Below, in pieces: positions 29,614-42,087 of a stretch of DNA of 64,000 nt. Position 1 is the first letter of the stretch. The number at the start of each line of letters is the position of its first letter. Both the position numbers and the translations under genes were made by a program. The notes beneath the pieces were generated by a model. It did not search any database. It saw only the letters and a list, made by a program, of their open reading frames with translations, and was not told the DNA's origin. Origin of the DNA: Candidatus Fervidifonticultor secundus (GTDB taxonomy: Bacteria > Sysuimicrobiota > Sysuimicrobiia > Sysuimicrobiales > Humicultoraceae); NCBI GenBank assembly GCA_031459385.1, contig JAVKIP010000003.1, positions 32,001 to 96,000 on the forward strand, read 5' to 3'.

Positions 29614-30522
29614 ATGAACGTCCGCATCGGCGCTGCGCCCATCAGCTGGGGCATCTGTGAGATCCCGGGGTGGGGACCGCAACTGCACTACGACCGCGTG
29701 CTGGACGAGATGCAGCTGGCCGGGTACGCCGGCACGGAGCTGGGCCCTTGGGGGTTCCTCCCGACCGATCCCGACGTGCTGGCTGCGGCGCTGGCCCGCC
29801 GGAGCCTGTCGCTGGCGGCGGCCTTCGTGCCGCTCCCGCTCAAGGACCCGTCGGCCTACGCCGAGTGCGAGAAAGGCGTGCGCGAGACGGCCGCACTGCT
29901 GCAGCGCCTGGGCGCCGGTGACATCCTGCTGGCCGACGCGGGCGACGAGACCCGCCGGAAAATCGCAGGGCGCCCGGAGGAGACCCGCGCGCACGGGTTG
30001 CAGCCCCGCGAGTGGCCGGGCTACGCCGCCCGGGTGGAGCGGCTGGCGCAGATCTGCCGGTTCGACTACGGGCTGGTGCCGTCCTTCCACCCGCACGCCG
30101 GCACGTTCATCGAACACCCCGACGAGATCCGCACGCTGCTCGAGCGCTGCGACCCGCACCTGGTGAAGTTCTGCCTGGATACCGGGCACGTAGCGTTCGG
30201 CGGGGGCGATCCAGTGGCGATCGCCAGTGCACATGCGCCGCGACTGGGGTACGTGCACCTCAAGGACATCGACCTGCCCAGGTTGCGGACCCTGCTGGTC
30301 GCGGGGAAGGACTACGTCGCCGCGGCTCAGCGGGACGTGTTCGTCGAACTGGGCCATGGGTCCCTGGACCTGCGGGCGCTCGTCGAGACGCTGCGCACCG
30401 CAGGCTACACGGGCTGGATCGTCATTGAGCAGGATCGCGTGGTGCAGGCTGACACCGACACCCTGGGCCGTGCCCGGCGCAACCTGGCCGCTCTCCGGGC
30501 GTTGCTGGAGGCTGCGTGCTAG
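29614..30522 (+). CDS. Sugar phosphate isomerase/epimerase, TIM barrel (IolE-like)
   Basis: APISWG, GYAGTELG, FHPHAGT, CLDTGH, YVHLKD, GWIVIEQD. Confidence 0.85.
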   Translation: MNVRIGAAPISWGICEIPGWGPQLHYDRVLDEMQLAGYAGTELGPWGFLPTDPDVLAAALARRSLSLAAAFVPLPLKDPSAYAECEKGVRETAALLQRLGAGDILLADAGDETRRKIAGRPEETRAHGLQPREWPGYAARVERLAQICRFDYGLVPSFHPHAGTFIEHPDEIRTLLERCDPHLVKFCLDTGHVAFGGGDPVAIASAHAPRLGYVHLKDIDLPRLRTLLVAGKDYVAAAQRDVFVELGHGSLDLRALVETLRTAGYTGWIVIEQDRVVQADTDTLGRARRNLAALRALLEAAC

Positions 30523-31970
30523 CGCCCGGCCCCCAGCGCGCTCACCTGCTGCGCGAAGCCGACAAGGGCCCCCGGCAGGACGCCCACCTGAACGATGGTC
30601 AGGACCGCCAGCGCCAGGACCGCGGTCACCAGCGGACTGCGGTGCAGGCGCACGGCGGCGGGCGGCTCGCCCGCGTACATCACGTACGCGACCCGCAGGT
30701 AGTAGTAGACCGAGATCACGCTGGTCAGCACCCCCACCAGCGCCAGACCCAGGCCCAGCCGCCCGCCGCCCTCGATGGCCGCGGCGAACACGCCCAGCTT
30801 GGCGACGAATCCCCCAGACGGGGGCAGCCCGGCCAGCGAGACCATGCACACCGCGGTGGCGAAGGCCAGCAGCGGCGCCCGGGCGGCCAGGCCAGCGTAG
30901 TCGTCGATGCGGTCGGCCTCGCGCCCGGCGCGCTCCAGCCCCGCGGCCACGGCGAACGCGCCGAGGGTCATCGCGGCGTAGACCGCCAGGTAGCCCACGA
31001 CCGCCGCGGTGGCCGCCGCGGTGCCCGTCGCGACGCCGATCAGCAGGTACCCCGTGTGCGAGATGCTGGAGTAGGCCAGCAGGCGCTTGTAGTTCGTCTG
31101 CGCCAGCGCGGCCAGGTTCGCCACCGCCATGGTGACGATCGCCAGCGCCCCCGCCAGCGGGCGCCACTGGTCGGCGAGCGGCGCCAGCGTCAGCGGGAAG
31201 ACGCGCAGCAGCGCCGCAAACGCGCCCACCTTGGCGATCACGGACATGAATGCCGCGGCCGGCAGCGGCGCGCCCTCGTAGGCATCCGGTGCCCAGGTGT
31301 GAAAGGGCACCGCGGCGGCTTTGAAGCCCAGGCCGATGGCCACCAGGCCCATGCCGGCGGCAGCCGCAGGGTCGAGGGGACGCTGGGCCAGCGCCGCGGC
31401 CAGCTCGGGCAGGCGCGTCGTCTGGCCGACCCCGTAGAGCAGCGCCACACCGAAGAGCAGGAACGCGCTGGCGAACGCGCCCAGGAGGAAGTACTTCATG
31501 CCGGCCTCCTGGGAGCGTGGCAGGCTGCGGTGCCAGGCGGCCAGAACGTACAGCGGGATCGACAGCGTCTCCAGCGCCAGGAACAGCAGGAGCAGATCGC
31601 GGCTGGCGGCCATCAGCATCGCGCCCGCCGTCGCCACCAGCACCAGCACGTAGTATTCGCCCCGCTCGAGCCCGGCCCGCCGCAGGTAGTCCGGCGCCAC
31701 CGCCAGGCCGAACGCGCCCACCGCCGCGGCGATGGCCTGGGCCGTGCGCGTGAGCCCGTCGCGCACGTACATGCCGGCGAACCCGGCGCCGTCGGGCGTC
31801 ACGGCGGCCGCCCACCCGGCCCACACCGCGCCGGCGATGCCGGCCGCCACGAGCCAGCCGCGTCGCGACGGCGGCATCCACAGGTCCGCGAGCAGCAGGA
31901 CCAGCGCCGCGCTCAGGACGATCAGCTCTGGCGCCAGCAGCTCGAGGGCCACCGGCGGCGGGGAGATCAT
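30519..31970 (-). CDS. nuoN: NADH-quinone oxidoreductase subunit N
   Basis: SQEAGMKYFLLG, FKAAAVPFHTWAPDAYEGAP, KRLLAYSSISH, YYYLRV. Confidence 0.94.
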   Translation of the reverse strand: MISPPPVALELLAPELIVLSAALVLLLADLWMPPSRRGWLVAAGIAGAVWAGWAAAVTPDGAGFAGMYVRDGLTRTAQAIAAAVGAFGLAVAPDYLRRAGLERGEYYVLVLVATAGAMLMAASRDLLLLFLALETLSIPLYVLAAWHRSLPRSQEAGMKYFLLGAFASAFLLFGVALLYGVGQTTRLPELAAALAQRPLDPAAAAGMGLVAIGLGFKAAAVPFHTWAPDAYEGAPLPAAAFMSVIAKVGAFAALLRVFPLTLAPLADQWRPLAGALAIVTMAVANLAALAQTNYKRLLAYSSISHTGYLLIGVATGTAAATAAVVGYLAVYAAMTLGAFAVAAGLERAGREADRIDDYAGLAARAPLLAFATAVCMVSLAGLPPSGGFVAKLGVFAAAIEGGGRLGLGLALVGVLTSVISVYYYLRVAYVMYAGEPPAAVRLHRSPLVTAVLALAVLTIVQVGVLPGALVGFAQQVSALGAGR

Positions 31971-33535
31971 CGCCTGCGCTCCGCGGGGGCTGGCGCTGCA
32001 GGCGCGCGGCGCTCGACGGCCACAGGCGCGCGGCGCTCGACGGGCGCGGGTCGCTGAAGAGCCACCGGCGCCGACACCCGCTGGAGGGCGGCAGCCGCCG
32101 CCGCCTCGGACCGGTCCAGCAGCACACGCGGGGAGAGGCCGATGAGGAAGATCAGCACCACCAGCGGCGCGAACACCGCGACTTCGCGCGCGCTCAGATC
32201 TGCCAGCCGCTCGCGGTGCGCGGCCTGCACGGGGCCGTGCATCACCCGCTGGTAGGCCCAGAGCAGGTAGACGGCAGAGAGGATCACCCCGCCCGCAGCC
32301 AGCGCCGCCCACCACCGCGAAGCGCGGAAGGCGCCCAGCAGGATCAGGAACTCGCCGGCGAAGCCGTTGGTGCCCGGCAGCGCCGCCGACGACAGCATGA
32401 CGATGGTGAACACCGCGGCGAAGCGCGGCATCAGCGCCGCGACACCGCCGTAGGCGGCGATCTGCCGCGTGTGGGTGCGCTCGTACAGCACCCCCACGAT
32501 GAGGAACAGGGCACCGGTGCTGATGCCGTGGTTGACCATCTGGAGGAGGCTGCCCTGCAGGCCCTGCACGTTGAGGGCAGCGATGCCCAGCATCACGAAC
32601 CCCAGGTGGCTCACGCTGGAGAAGGCCACCAGCCGCTTGAGGTCGGACTGCGCCCACGACACCGCCGCGCCGTAGAGGATGCCGACGATGGCCAGTGCCG
32701 CGATCAGCGGGGCGGCCCCGGCCAGCGCCTGGGGGAACAGCGCAGGGCCGAACCGGACGAAGCCGTAGGTACCCATTTTGAGCAGCACGGCGGCCAGGAT
32801 GACGCTGCCGGCGGTGGGCGCCTCGGTGTGCGCATCCGGCAGCCAGGTGTGCAGGGGCCAGACGGGCACTTTGACCGCGAAGGCCAGGGCGAACGCCGCG
32901 AACAGCCACGCCTGGACGCCGGGGTCCAGGCGCACCGTCGCCAGGCGCTCGAGGTCGAAACTGCGGGCGCCCAGCTGCCCGGAGGCGACCACGTGGAGAG
33001 CCAGGATCGCCACTAGCATCAGCACGCTGGCGGCCATCGTATAAAGGAAGAACTTCAGCGCGGCGTACCGGCGGTGTTCGCTGCCCCACAGGCCGATCAA
33101 GAACGCCATGGGGATCAGCACGGCCTCCCAGAAGACGTAGAAGAGAATCAGATCGAGGCTCAGGAACGTCCCGAGCACTGCGGTCTCCAGCCCCAGCATC
33201 GCCACCGTGAACGCCTTCACGCGCTCGGTGACGGCGCTCCAGGCGCCGAGCAGGGCCACCGGGAAGACCACCGCCACCAGCCCCGCCAGCAGCAGCGAGA
33301 TCCCGTCGATGCCCACGGCGTAGCCGATGCCGAGCTGGGGCACCCAGGGCACCCGCTCGACGAGCTGCAGCCCGCCGGACGACGCGTCGAACGCGCCCCA
33401 GACCGCCGCGAAGACGGCCAGCGTCGCCAGGCTCGCAGCGAGGCCGGTCCATCGGACGAGATCCTCGCGGTCGCGCGGCAGCAGGGCCACCACCGCGGCG
33501 CCGGCCAGGGGCAGGAAGATCAACCAGGACAGCAC
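31967..33535 (-). CDS. nuoM: NADH-quinone oxidoreductase subunit M
   Basis: GIDGIS, FYVFWE, PLHTWLPDAHTEAPT, LKMGTYG. Confidence 0.95.
   Translation of the reverse strand: MLSWLIFLPLAGAAVVALLPRDREDLVRWTGLAASLATLAVFAAVWGAFDASSGGLQLVERVPWVPQLGIGYAVGIDGISLLLAGLVAVVFPVALLGAWSAVTERVKAFTVAMLGLETAVLGTFLSLDLILFYVFWEAVLIPMAFLIGLWGSEHRRYAALKFFLYTMAASVLMLVAILALHVVASGQLGARSFDLERLATVRLDPGVQAWLFAAFALAFAVKVPVWPLHTWLPDAHTEAPTAGSVILAAVLLKMGTYGFVRFGPALFPQALAGAAPLIAALAIVGILYGAAVSWAQSDLKRLVAFSSVSHLGFVMLGIAALNVQGLQGSLLQMVNHGISTGALFLIVGVLYERTHTRQIAAYGGVAALMPRFAAVFTIVMLSSAALPGTNGFAGEFLILLGAFRASRWWAALAAGGVILSAVYLLWAYQRVMHGPVQAAHRERLADLSAREVAVFAPLVVLIFLIGLSPRVLLDRSEAAAAAALQRVSAPVALQRPAPVERRAPVAVERRAPAAPAPAERRR
31999..32043. 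repeat. 21-bp direct repeat with 24-bp period in the nuoM 3' end
   Basis: caggcgcgcggcgctcgacgg occurs at 31999 and 32023 and encodes VERRAP twice. Confidence 0.7.
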
Positions 33536-33539
33536 GCCG

Positions 33540-35405
<1,866 letters not shown>

Positions 35406-35408
35406 GGG

Positions 35409-35711
35409 CTACCCGCGCAGGAGGTCCACGTCGTCGATATCGACGGTGGCGCGGGCGCGGAAGATGTTGACGATGAGGGCCAGGCCCACCACCACCTCGA
35501 CGGCCGCCACCACCAGCACGAAGAAGACCACCACTTGGCCATCGGGCGCGCCGTGCTGGCGCGCGAAGGTCACGAACGCCAGGTTGACCGCGTTCAGCAT
35601 GACCTCCACGCTCATGAAGATGATGAGGGCGTTGCGCCGCACCAGCACCCCCGCCGCGCCCAGCACGAAGAGCGCCGCGCTCAGCGCCAGGTAGGCGCCG
35701 GCAGGGACCAT
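35409..35711 (-). CDS. nuoK: NADH-quinone oxidoreductase subunit K
   Basis: [30 protein letters not shown]. Confidence 0.95.
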   Translation of the reverse strand: MVPAGAYLALSAALFVLGAAGVLVRRNALIIFMSVEVMLNAVNLAFVTFARQHGAPDGQVVVFFVLVVAAVEVVVGLALIVNIFRARATVDIDDVDLLRG

Positions 35712-35714
35712 TGC

Positions 35715-36335
35715 TCAGCGCGCCTCCTCGGACGGCACTGCCGTCTGGTGGGTCTCGGCGGCCGGCGCACGCGGCCCCCACGCCTGGCCGCCCGGCGTAT
35801 CGTGCGCGCCCCGGGACGGCCCCGGGAGGGCGTCGTCGGAGGGCTCGCCCGTCCGCCGACCCAGCACCGCCGCGGCCACGATGCCCACCAGGAGGATCAC
35901 CGACGCCAGCTCGAAGGGCAGCAGGTAGGTCACGAAGAGTGCCTCCCCCACCTGCTGGGCGGTGCCGAACGCCTCGGGGGGCGGCCCGAACGTCCCGGCC
36001 GCCGCCAGGACCGCGCCCAGCAGCACCCCCAGGTAGAGGGCCGCCATCAGGATGGCGGCGCGGCGCTGGCGCGGCAGCTTCTCGGTCGGGCCCTCGCCGG
36101 ACCGCGCGTGCAGCAGCATGATAACGAAGAGGAACAGCACCACCACGGCGCCGGCGTAGATGATGACCTGCACCATGGCGATGAACTGCGCGGCCAGCAG
36201 CAGGTAGGTGACGGCCAGCGAGGCCAGCACCAGCAGCAGGGCCAGCGCGCTGTGCACCGGCGCGCGCGCGGCGATGACGCCCACGGCGCCGGCCAGCGCC
36301 GTGGCGGCCGCGGCCAGGAAGACCGCCCACTCCAC
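35715..36335 (-). CDS. nuoJ: NADH-quinone oxidoreductase subunit J
   Basis: PVHSAL, QVIIYAGAVVVLFLFVIMLL, YLLPFELAS. Confidence 0.95.
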   Translation of the reverse strand: MEWAVFLAAAATALAGAVGVIAARAPVHSALALLLVLASLAVTYLLLAAQFIAMVQVIIYAGAVVVLFLFVIMLLHARSGEGPTEKLPRQRRAAILMAALYLGVLLGAVLAAAGTFGPPPEAFGTAQQVGEALFVTYLLPFELASVILLVGIVAAAVLGRRTGEPSDDALPGPSRGAHDTPGGQAWGPRAPAAETHQTAVPSEEAR

Positions 36336-36336
36336 G

Positions 36337-36810
36337 CTAGACGTCCCTCCGCGGATCGCGCCCCGAGGCGCCGGGATAGGGCTCGGTGAGCATGGGCTTG
36401 GTGTAGATCATCGCCTCCCGCGAGGAGCTGGCGAGCTCGTACTCGTGGCCCAGCACGATGGCACCCGTCGGGCAGGCCTCCTCGCAGAAGCCGCAGAAGA
36501 TGCAGCGCAGCATGTTGATCTGGAACTCTTCGGCGTAGCGTTCCCCCTTGCTCACCTGGCGCTCCGGGGTGTTCTCGGCGGCCCTGACGTAGATCGCCTG
36601 GGAGGGACAGACGATCACGCACAGCTCGCAGCCCACGCACCGCTCGAGCCCGTCGGCGTAGCGGGTGAGCCAGTGACGGCCCTTGAATCGCGTCTCGACG
36701 CGCGTCTTCTCGTCGGGATACTGGATCGTGACCGGGCGGCGCAGGGCATACCGGCCCGTGACCAGCAGGCCCCGAACCAGGGCCACCGTTTGCCGCAGCA
36801 GCCCCGCCAC
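36337..36810 (-). CDS. nuoI: NADH-quinone oxidoreductase subunit I
   Basis: TIQYPDE and two CxxCxxCxxxCP motifs. Confidence 0.96.
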   Translation of the reverse strand: MAGLLRQTVALVRGLLVTGRYALRRPVTIQYPDEKTRVETRFKGRHWLTRYADGLERCVGCELCVIVCPSQAIYVRAAENTPERQVSKGERYAEEFQINMLRCIFCGFCEEACPTGAIVLGHEYELASSSREAMIYTKPMLTEPYPGASGRDPRRDV

Positions 36811-36814
36811 CCGG

Positions 36815-37801
36815 CTAGCCTCCCCGGAGGGCCACGACGGCAGCCGTGACTACCACGTTGGCCAGCCCCACGGGCACCAGCACCTTCCACCCCAGGGCCA
36901 TGAGCTGGTCGTGCCGGACCCGCGGCATCGTCGCCCGCAGCCAGATGAACAGCGCCACAAAGCCGAAGGTCTTCAGCACCACCCACACCGGCCCGGGCAG
37001 CAGCGGTCCCTGCCACCCGCCGAAGAAGAGCGTGGTGGCCAGCAGGCTCATGGTCACGATGCCGATGTACTCGCCGATGTAGAACATCGCGAACTTGAAG
37101 CCGCCGTACTCGGTCTGGAACCCGGCGATCAGCTCCTGCTCGGCCTCGGGCAGATCGAACGGCGCGCGGTTCGTCTCGGCCACGGCGCCGATCAGGAAGA
37201 GCAGGAACCCGACCGGCTGCACGGCCACGAACCAGACCCGCGCCTGGGCCCGGACGATCTCCACCAGGCTCAGCGAGCCCGCCGTCAGCACCACCGCCAC
37301 TACCGCCAGGCCGATGGCCAGCTCGTAGCTGATGAGCTGGGCGCTGGAGCGCAGGCTCCCCAGCAGCGCATATTTGTTGTTCACGGACCAGCCGCCCAGG
37401 ATGATGCCGTAGACGCCGATCGACGACGCCGCCAGCACCAGCAGGACTCCCACGTTGACGTCGGCCAGGTAGAGCGGGATGCGCGCGCCGAACACCGTGA
37501 TCTCTGGCCCCAGGGGGAGCACCGCGTACACGAACAGCGCGGCGACCATGGAGATCGCCGGCGCGACCCAGTAGACCAGCACGTCGGCGCCGGCGGGCAT
37601 GAAGCTCTCCTTGAAGAGGAGCTTGATGCCGTCGGCCAGCGGTTGGAGCAGGCCGAACGGCCCCACGCGGTTCGGCCCGTAGCGCAACTGGAACCTGGCC
37701 AGCAGGCGGCGCTCAAGGAGCGTCATGTACGCGCACGCCGTCAGCAGCACGACCAGCAGCACGATGCTCTTGGCCGCCGCGGCCAGCACCGCGCCCGTCA
37801 C
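36815..37801 (-). CDS. nuoH: NADH-quinone oxidoreductase subunit H
   Basis: GPNRVGPFGLLQPLADGIKL, AETNRAPFDLPEAEQEL. Confidence 0.96.
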   Translation of the reverse strand: MTGAVLAAAAKSIVLLVVLLTACAYMTLLERRLLARFQLRYGPNRVGPFGLLQPLADGIKLLFKESFMPAGADVLVYWVAPAISMVAALFVYAVLPLGPEITVFGARIPLYLADVNVGVLLVLAASSIGVYGIILGGWSVNNKYALLGSLRSSAQLISYELAIGLAVVAVVLTAGSLSLVEIVRAQARVWFVAVQPVGFLLFLIGAVAETNRAPFDLPEAEQELIAGFQTEYGGFKFAMFYIGEYIGIVTMSLLATTLFFGGWQGPLLPGPVWVVLKTFGFVALFIWLRATMPRVRHDQLMALGWKVLVPVGLANVVVTAAVVALRGG

Positions 37802-37844
37802 CGCCGGCCCTCCTGCCCGGGCCTCCCGTGCCCACCGGGCCGGG

Positions 37845-40286
37845 TCATGCGTCCCCTCCGGGGATGGCCGCCGGCACCAACGCCCGCACTGTGGCGCGGG
37901 CGACGATCTCGGGCCAGCGCACGAGGTGGTGGATCGGCAGGCCCTCGGCCCGGCGCGGGACCAGCACCTGCCCGGCTGGCGTCTCGTCGCTCACGCGGGC
38001 CTGCAGGACCACGGCGCCAGCGGCCGTGGCCACCTGAACGAGCGCGCCGTCGGCGATCTCCAGGCGCGCCGCGTCGTCGGGGTGGACGACGCACTGCGGC
38101 GGCCCGGCCAGTTCGGCCACACCCGGGCAGCGCGCCGTCATCGTCCCCCGGGTGAACAGCGCGTCCACCGGCAGCACGGTCAGCCGGTCGCCGTCGGACC
38201 CGGCCGCAGCGGCCGTCTCCGGCGCCGCGGGCAGCGCCACAGGCACCCGCACCGGCCCCACCGGGCTGGCGGCCTCGAGCGCGAGCCCGGGGAGCCGCCG
38301 GCGCATCAGCGCCAGCAGCTCGTCGGCCGTGCCAGGCGCCAGGGTGGCGCCCAGGCGATCGGCCAGGCGCATGAAGATCTCGGCGTCGGCTCGTGCCTGG
38401 CCGGGACCGGCCACCGCCGCGCGCAGCGGCAGCAGCCGCCCCTCCAGGTTCATGACCGTGCCGTCCTTTTCCGGTAGCACCAGCGCCGGCAGCACCACGT
38501 CTGCGCTCTCCGCTGTCGGCGACAGGAACGCTTCGTGCACCACGACGAAGCCCGCGCCCGCGCGGGCCGCCGGCCACGCTGTCGCATCCGCCGCGTCGGT
38601 GGCCGGGTCGGCACCCGCGACGTACAGCACGTCCACCTCGCCCGCCGCGGCGCGCTGCAGAATCTGCGGCGCGGTCCAGCCGCCCTCGCCCGGCAGCAGG
38701 CCGAGGCGCTGCGCGCCGATGTCGTTGCCGCGGCCGCGCATGACGTGCACCAGCCCGCCGACGCGCGCGGCCAGGTCGGCAGCAGCGCGCAGGATCGAAC
38801 GGCCGGGCGGCCCGTCCAGCGCCACGCGACCCACGAAGACGTGCACCTGCCCTCCCGCGGCCACGGCCCCCCCAGCCCCGACCAGCGCCGGGGCCGCCCC
38901 GTCGTGATCTTGCCCCGTGGCCGGCCCGGGCGGCCGGCCGTCCTTTGCGGCCGAGGTCGCAGCGCGCAAGTCCATGACCGCCTGCGCCAGGCGGTCGTAG
39001 GGCCGCACGATCGTCCAGTGCGCCCAGCGGGCGACCTCCGGCCGCCTCACATGGAGCAAGATCAACCGTGCGCCACGGTCGAGCGCCTGCTTGAGGCGCA
39101 GCCATAGCACCGGGTACTCCTCGGTCAGGTCGCAGCCGATGAGCACGAAGACGTCCCCGCGGCCGATCTCCTCGATGGGCGCGCGGAGCCCCCAGGCGAC
39201 CTCCAGGCTCGGGCTCCCCGCCGGGACGTCGGTCCGATGGTCGAGGTGCGGCGTGCCCACCACGTCCCGGAAGAGCGTCGCCGCCAGCACGATGTCCTCG
39301 TTGGCCAGGCGCCGTCCGCCGAGAAACGCCACCCGCTGCGGCCCGCGGGCGCGCGCGGTGGCCAGGCGCGCGCCCACGAGATCGAGGGCCTCGGCCCAAG
39401 TGGCCTCCTCGAGCCGCCCGTGGCGTCTGATGAGCGGCACCCGCAGGCGGTCGGGCGAGGCCACGTAGTCGTGGCCGAAGAACCCCAGGTCGCACAGCCA
39501 GATGTCGTTGATCGCGGCGGACTCGCGGGCGCGGGTGCGCACCACCTGGCCGTCGCGCACGTCCAGCCAGACCGCACAGCCGAGCCCGCACAGCGTGCAG
39601 GTCGAAGCCACGGGCCGGCTATCCCATGGCCGCGCGCGGAACCGGTAGGTGCGGCTGGTCAGGGCGCCGACGGGACAGATGGCGATGGTGTTCCCGATGA
39701 ACCTGGAGTCGACCGGCAGGGCAAGCGGCGTGTTGATCTCGCTGGTGAAGCCGCGGGCGAAGCCTTTCAGCGCATGATCGCCGGCGACGATTTCACCGAA
39801 CCGGACGCACCGCCAGCACAGGATGCAGCGCTCGCGGTCGAGCATCAGCACCGGGCCCAGGGCGACCGGCTTGGCGAAGTCCCGCTTGGCCTCGACGAAC
39901 CGGCTGCGGCCGGGCCCGAAGCGGAGCGTCTGATCCTGGAGCGGACACTCGCCGCCCTTGTCGCAGATCGGGCAGTCGAGCGGGTGGTTGATCAATAGGA
40001 ACTCGAGGATGGCTTCCTGCCCCGCCCGCACCTCCGCCGACTGCGTGTCCACCACCATGCCCTCGGCCGCCGGCAACGTGCACGCGGTCTGCAGTTTCGG
40101 CATCTTCTCGACCTTCACCAGGCACATGCGGCAGGCGCCCAGCGGCGGCATCCGGTCGTGGTAACAGAAGATGGGGATCTCGCTGCCCGCGGCGCGGGCG
40201 GCGTGGTAGACTGTGGTGCCCTTGGGCACGGTGACGGTCCGGCCGTCGATCGTGAGGGTGACGACCTCGGGCGGGCTAGTGGCCAT
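37845..40286 (-). CDS. nuoG: NADH-quinone oxidoreductase subunit G
   Basis: GACRMCLV, HPLDCPICDKGGECPLQ, RCILCWRC and the N7-type CTLCGLGC. Start placed at MATSPP. Confidence 0.94.
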   Translation of the reverse strand: MATSPPEVVTLTIDGRTVTVPKGTTVYHAARAAGSEIPIFCYHDRMPPLGACRMCLVKVEKMPKLQTACTLPAAEGMVVDTQSAEVRAGQEAILEFLLINHPLDCPICDKGGECPLQDQTLRFGPGRSRFVEAKRDFAKPVALGPVLMLDRERCILCWRCVRFGEIVAGDHALKGFARGFTSEINTPLALPVDSRFIGNTIAICPVGALTSRTYRFRARPWDSRPVASTCTLCGLGCAVWLDVRDGQVVRTRARESAAINDIWLCDLGFFGHDYVASPDRLRVPLIRRHGRLEEATWAEALDLVGARLATARARGPQRVAFLGGRRLANEDIVLAATLFRDVVGTPHLDHRTDVPAGSPSLEVAWGLRAPIEEIGRGDVFVLIGCDLTEEYPVLWLRLKQALDRGARLILLHVRRPEVARWAHWTIVRPYDRLAQAVMDLRAATSAAKDGRPPGPATGQDHDGAAPALVGAGGAVAAGGQVHVFVGRVALDGPPGRSILRAAADLAARVGGLVHVMRGRGNDIGAQRLGLLPGEGGWTAPQILQRAAAGEVDVLYVAGADPATDAADATAWPAARAGAGFVVVHEAFLSPTAESADVVLPALVLPEKDGTVMNLEGRLLPLRAAVAGPGQARADAEIFMRLADRLGATLAPGTADELLALMRRRLPGLALEAASPVGPVRVPVALPAAPETAAAAGSDGDRLTVLPVDALFTRGTMTARCPGVAELAGPPQCVVHPDDAARLEIADGALVQVATAAGAVVLQARVSDETPAGQVLVPRRAEGLPIHHLVRWPEIVARATVRALVPAAIPGGDA

Positions 40287-41565
40287 GCGCGGCTCCTGCG
40301 GCGCCGCCCGACGTCGGCGCGCCGGGGGCGCCGGCCCGGGCGATGTGGCGCTCGTACCCATGGCGGAAATGGCGCAGGGACGCCACCAGGCTCGGCGGCA
40401 CGCTCTCCCCCAGGGGGCAGAAGCAGGTGCCGGTCATGCCCCGGGCGATGCTCTCCAGCAGTGCCAGATCCTCGGGGCGGCCGCGCCCGTGGAGGATCCG
40501 GTCGAACACTTGCGTGATCCACACCGTCCCCTCGCGGCAGGGCGTGCACTTGCCGCACGACTCGTCGCGGTAGAACTCGACGATGCGGGCCAGCACCTCG
40601 ACCATGTCGGCCGAATCGTCGATGACGATCACGGCCGCCGAGCCCAGCATCGAGCCCACCGCGCGCAGGCTGTCGTAGTCCATGGCCACGTCCAGGTGTT
40701 CCTCGGTCAGCAGCATCGACGACGACCCGCCCGGGAATGCCGCCTGGAAGCGCCGGCCGGGTCGCAGCCCGCCCGCGTGCTCGAAGATTATCTCGCGCAG
40801 CGGGGTACCCAGGGGCAGCTCGTAGACTCCGGGCAGGGTCACGTGGCCGCTCACCGAGAACAGCGCCGGGGGGCCCAGCTCCCGGTAGCGCTCGGGGCCC
40901 AGCGCGAGGACCGCGGGCACGTGGCAGAGCGTCTCGACGTTGTTCACCAGGGTCGGCATCTGGTAGAGTCCCGCCTGCGCCGGAAACGGCGGCCGCAGCC
41001 GCGGCAGCGCGCGCCGGCCCTCCAGCGACTCGAGCAGGGCCGACTCCTCGCCCGCGATGTAGGCCCCCGCCCCGGTGTGGACCACGATCTCCACGGTGTG
41101 CTCGCCGCCGAAGACCCTCCTGCCGATGAACCCGGCGGCCCGGGCCTGCGCCACGGCCTGCTCCAGCAGGCGGCGGGCGCGGTGGAACTCACGCCGCAGA
41201 TAGATGTACGCCTTCTGGGCGCCCACGGTCACGGCCGCGATGATGATGCCCTCCAGCAGCAGGTGGGGGCAGCCCTCCAGGAGCGTGCGGTCCTTGAACG
41301 TGCCCGGCTCGCCCTCGTCGGCGTTGACCACGACGTACTTCACCGGCGCGCTGCGGGGGATGAACTTCCACTTCTGGCCGGTGGGGAACCCCGCGCCGCC
41401 CTTGCCCCGCAGCCCCGACTGCACCAGCAGGTCGATCACCGACTCCGGCGGCAGCTCGCCGGTCGCCACGCGCCGCGCCGCCTCGTACCCGCCGGCGCGG
41501 CGGTAGGCCGCCAGGTCGTGCACCCCGCCGTTTCGCGTCCACCTCAGCAGGATCGACTCACGCAT
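40276..41565 (-). CDS. nuoF: NADH-quinone oxidoreductase subunit F
   Basis: SGLRGKGGAGFPTG, NADEGEPGTFKDR, ESCGKCTPCREG. Confidence 0.96.
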   Translation of the reverse strand: MRESILLRWTRNGGVHDLAAYRRAGGYEAARRVATGELPPESVIDLLVQSGLRGKGGAGFPTGQKWKFIPRSAPVKYVVVNADEGEPGTFKDRTLLEGCPHLLLEGIIIAAVTVGAQKAYIYLRREFHRARRLLEQAVAQARAAGFIGRRVFGGEHTVEIVVHTGAGAYIAGEESALLESLEGRRALPRLRPPFPAQAGLYQMPTLVNNVETLCHVPAVLALGPERYRELGPPALFSVSGHVTLPGVYELPLGTPLREIIFEHAGGLRPGRRFQAAFPGGSSSMLLTEEHLDVAMDYDSLRAVGSMLGSAAVIVIDDSADMVEVLARIVEFYRDESCGKCTPCREGTVWITQVFDRILHGRGRPEDLALLESIARGMTGTCFCPLGESVPPSLVASLRHFRHGYERHIARAGAPGAPTSGGAAGAAHGH

Positions 41566-41574
41566 CGCCAGACC

Positions 41575-42087
41575 TCACGGATACCGGGCCAGGAGTTCGT
41601 CCACGGCTGCGGGCCCCACCCGCGGCCACCGGTCCTCGTCGATGAGGACGACCGGCGCCTCCTCGCACGCCGCCAGGCACTCGGCTGCCCGCCACGTGAA
41701 GCGGCCGTCGGGGGTGGTGCCGCCCGGGCCGACGCCCAGGCGCTCGTGCAGCCGCCGCACCACCGCGCTGCAGCCAGCCAGCATGCACGAGACGTTGGTG
41801 CACACCTGGATGACGTGCCGGCCGACCGGCTCGAGGTAGAACAGATGGTAGAACGAGGCGACCGACGCGACCTCGGCCAGCGGCAGGTCCAGGGCCGCCG
41901 CGACGCCGTCGAGCGCTTCGGGCGGGAGCCACCCGTACTCGGCCTGGGCGACGAAGAGCGCGGGCAGCAGCGCGGACTGCCGGTGCTCGTAGCGGGCGGC
42001 CAGCCGTCGGATCTCCCGCCGGGCAGCCTCGCTCAGCGGCCGCCCGCCGGCGCGCGGCGCGCCCGCCGGCAGCCGCGCCGCGCTCAT
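41575..42087 (-). CDS. nuoE: NADH-quinone oxidoreductase subunit E
   Basis: VASFY and the 2Fe-2S ligands in VCTNVSC and ECLAAC. Confidence 0.93.
   Translation of the reverse strand: MSAARLPAGAPRAGGRPLSEAARREIRRLAARYEHRQSALLPALFVAQAEYGWLPPEALDGVAAALDLPLAEVASVASFYHLFYLEPVGRHVIQVCTNVSCMLAGCSAVVRRLHERLGVGPGGTTPDGRFTWRAAECLAACEEAPVVLIDEDRWPRVGPAAVDELLARYP

Noticed and set aside
31999..32043. Direct repeat as a CRISPR or mobile element scar
   Set aside because: Only two copies, with a 24-bp in-frame period in the low-complexity nuoM tail. This looks like slippage duplication.
30519..33452. 977-aa ORF suggesting a NuoM-NuoN fusion
   Set aside because: The upstream part is an off-frame overlap of nuoM. 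NuoN begins at ATG 31970.
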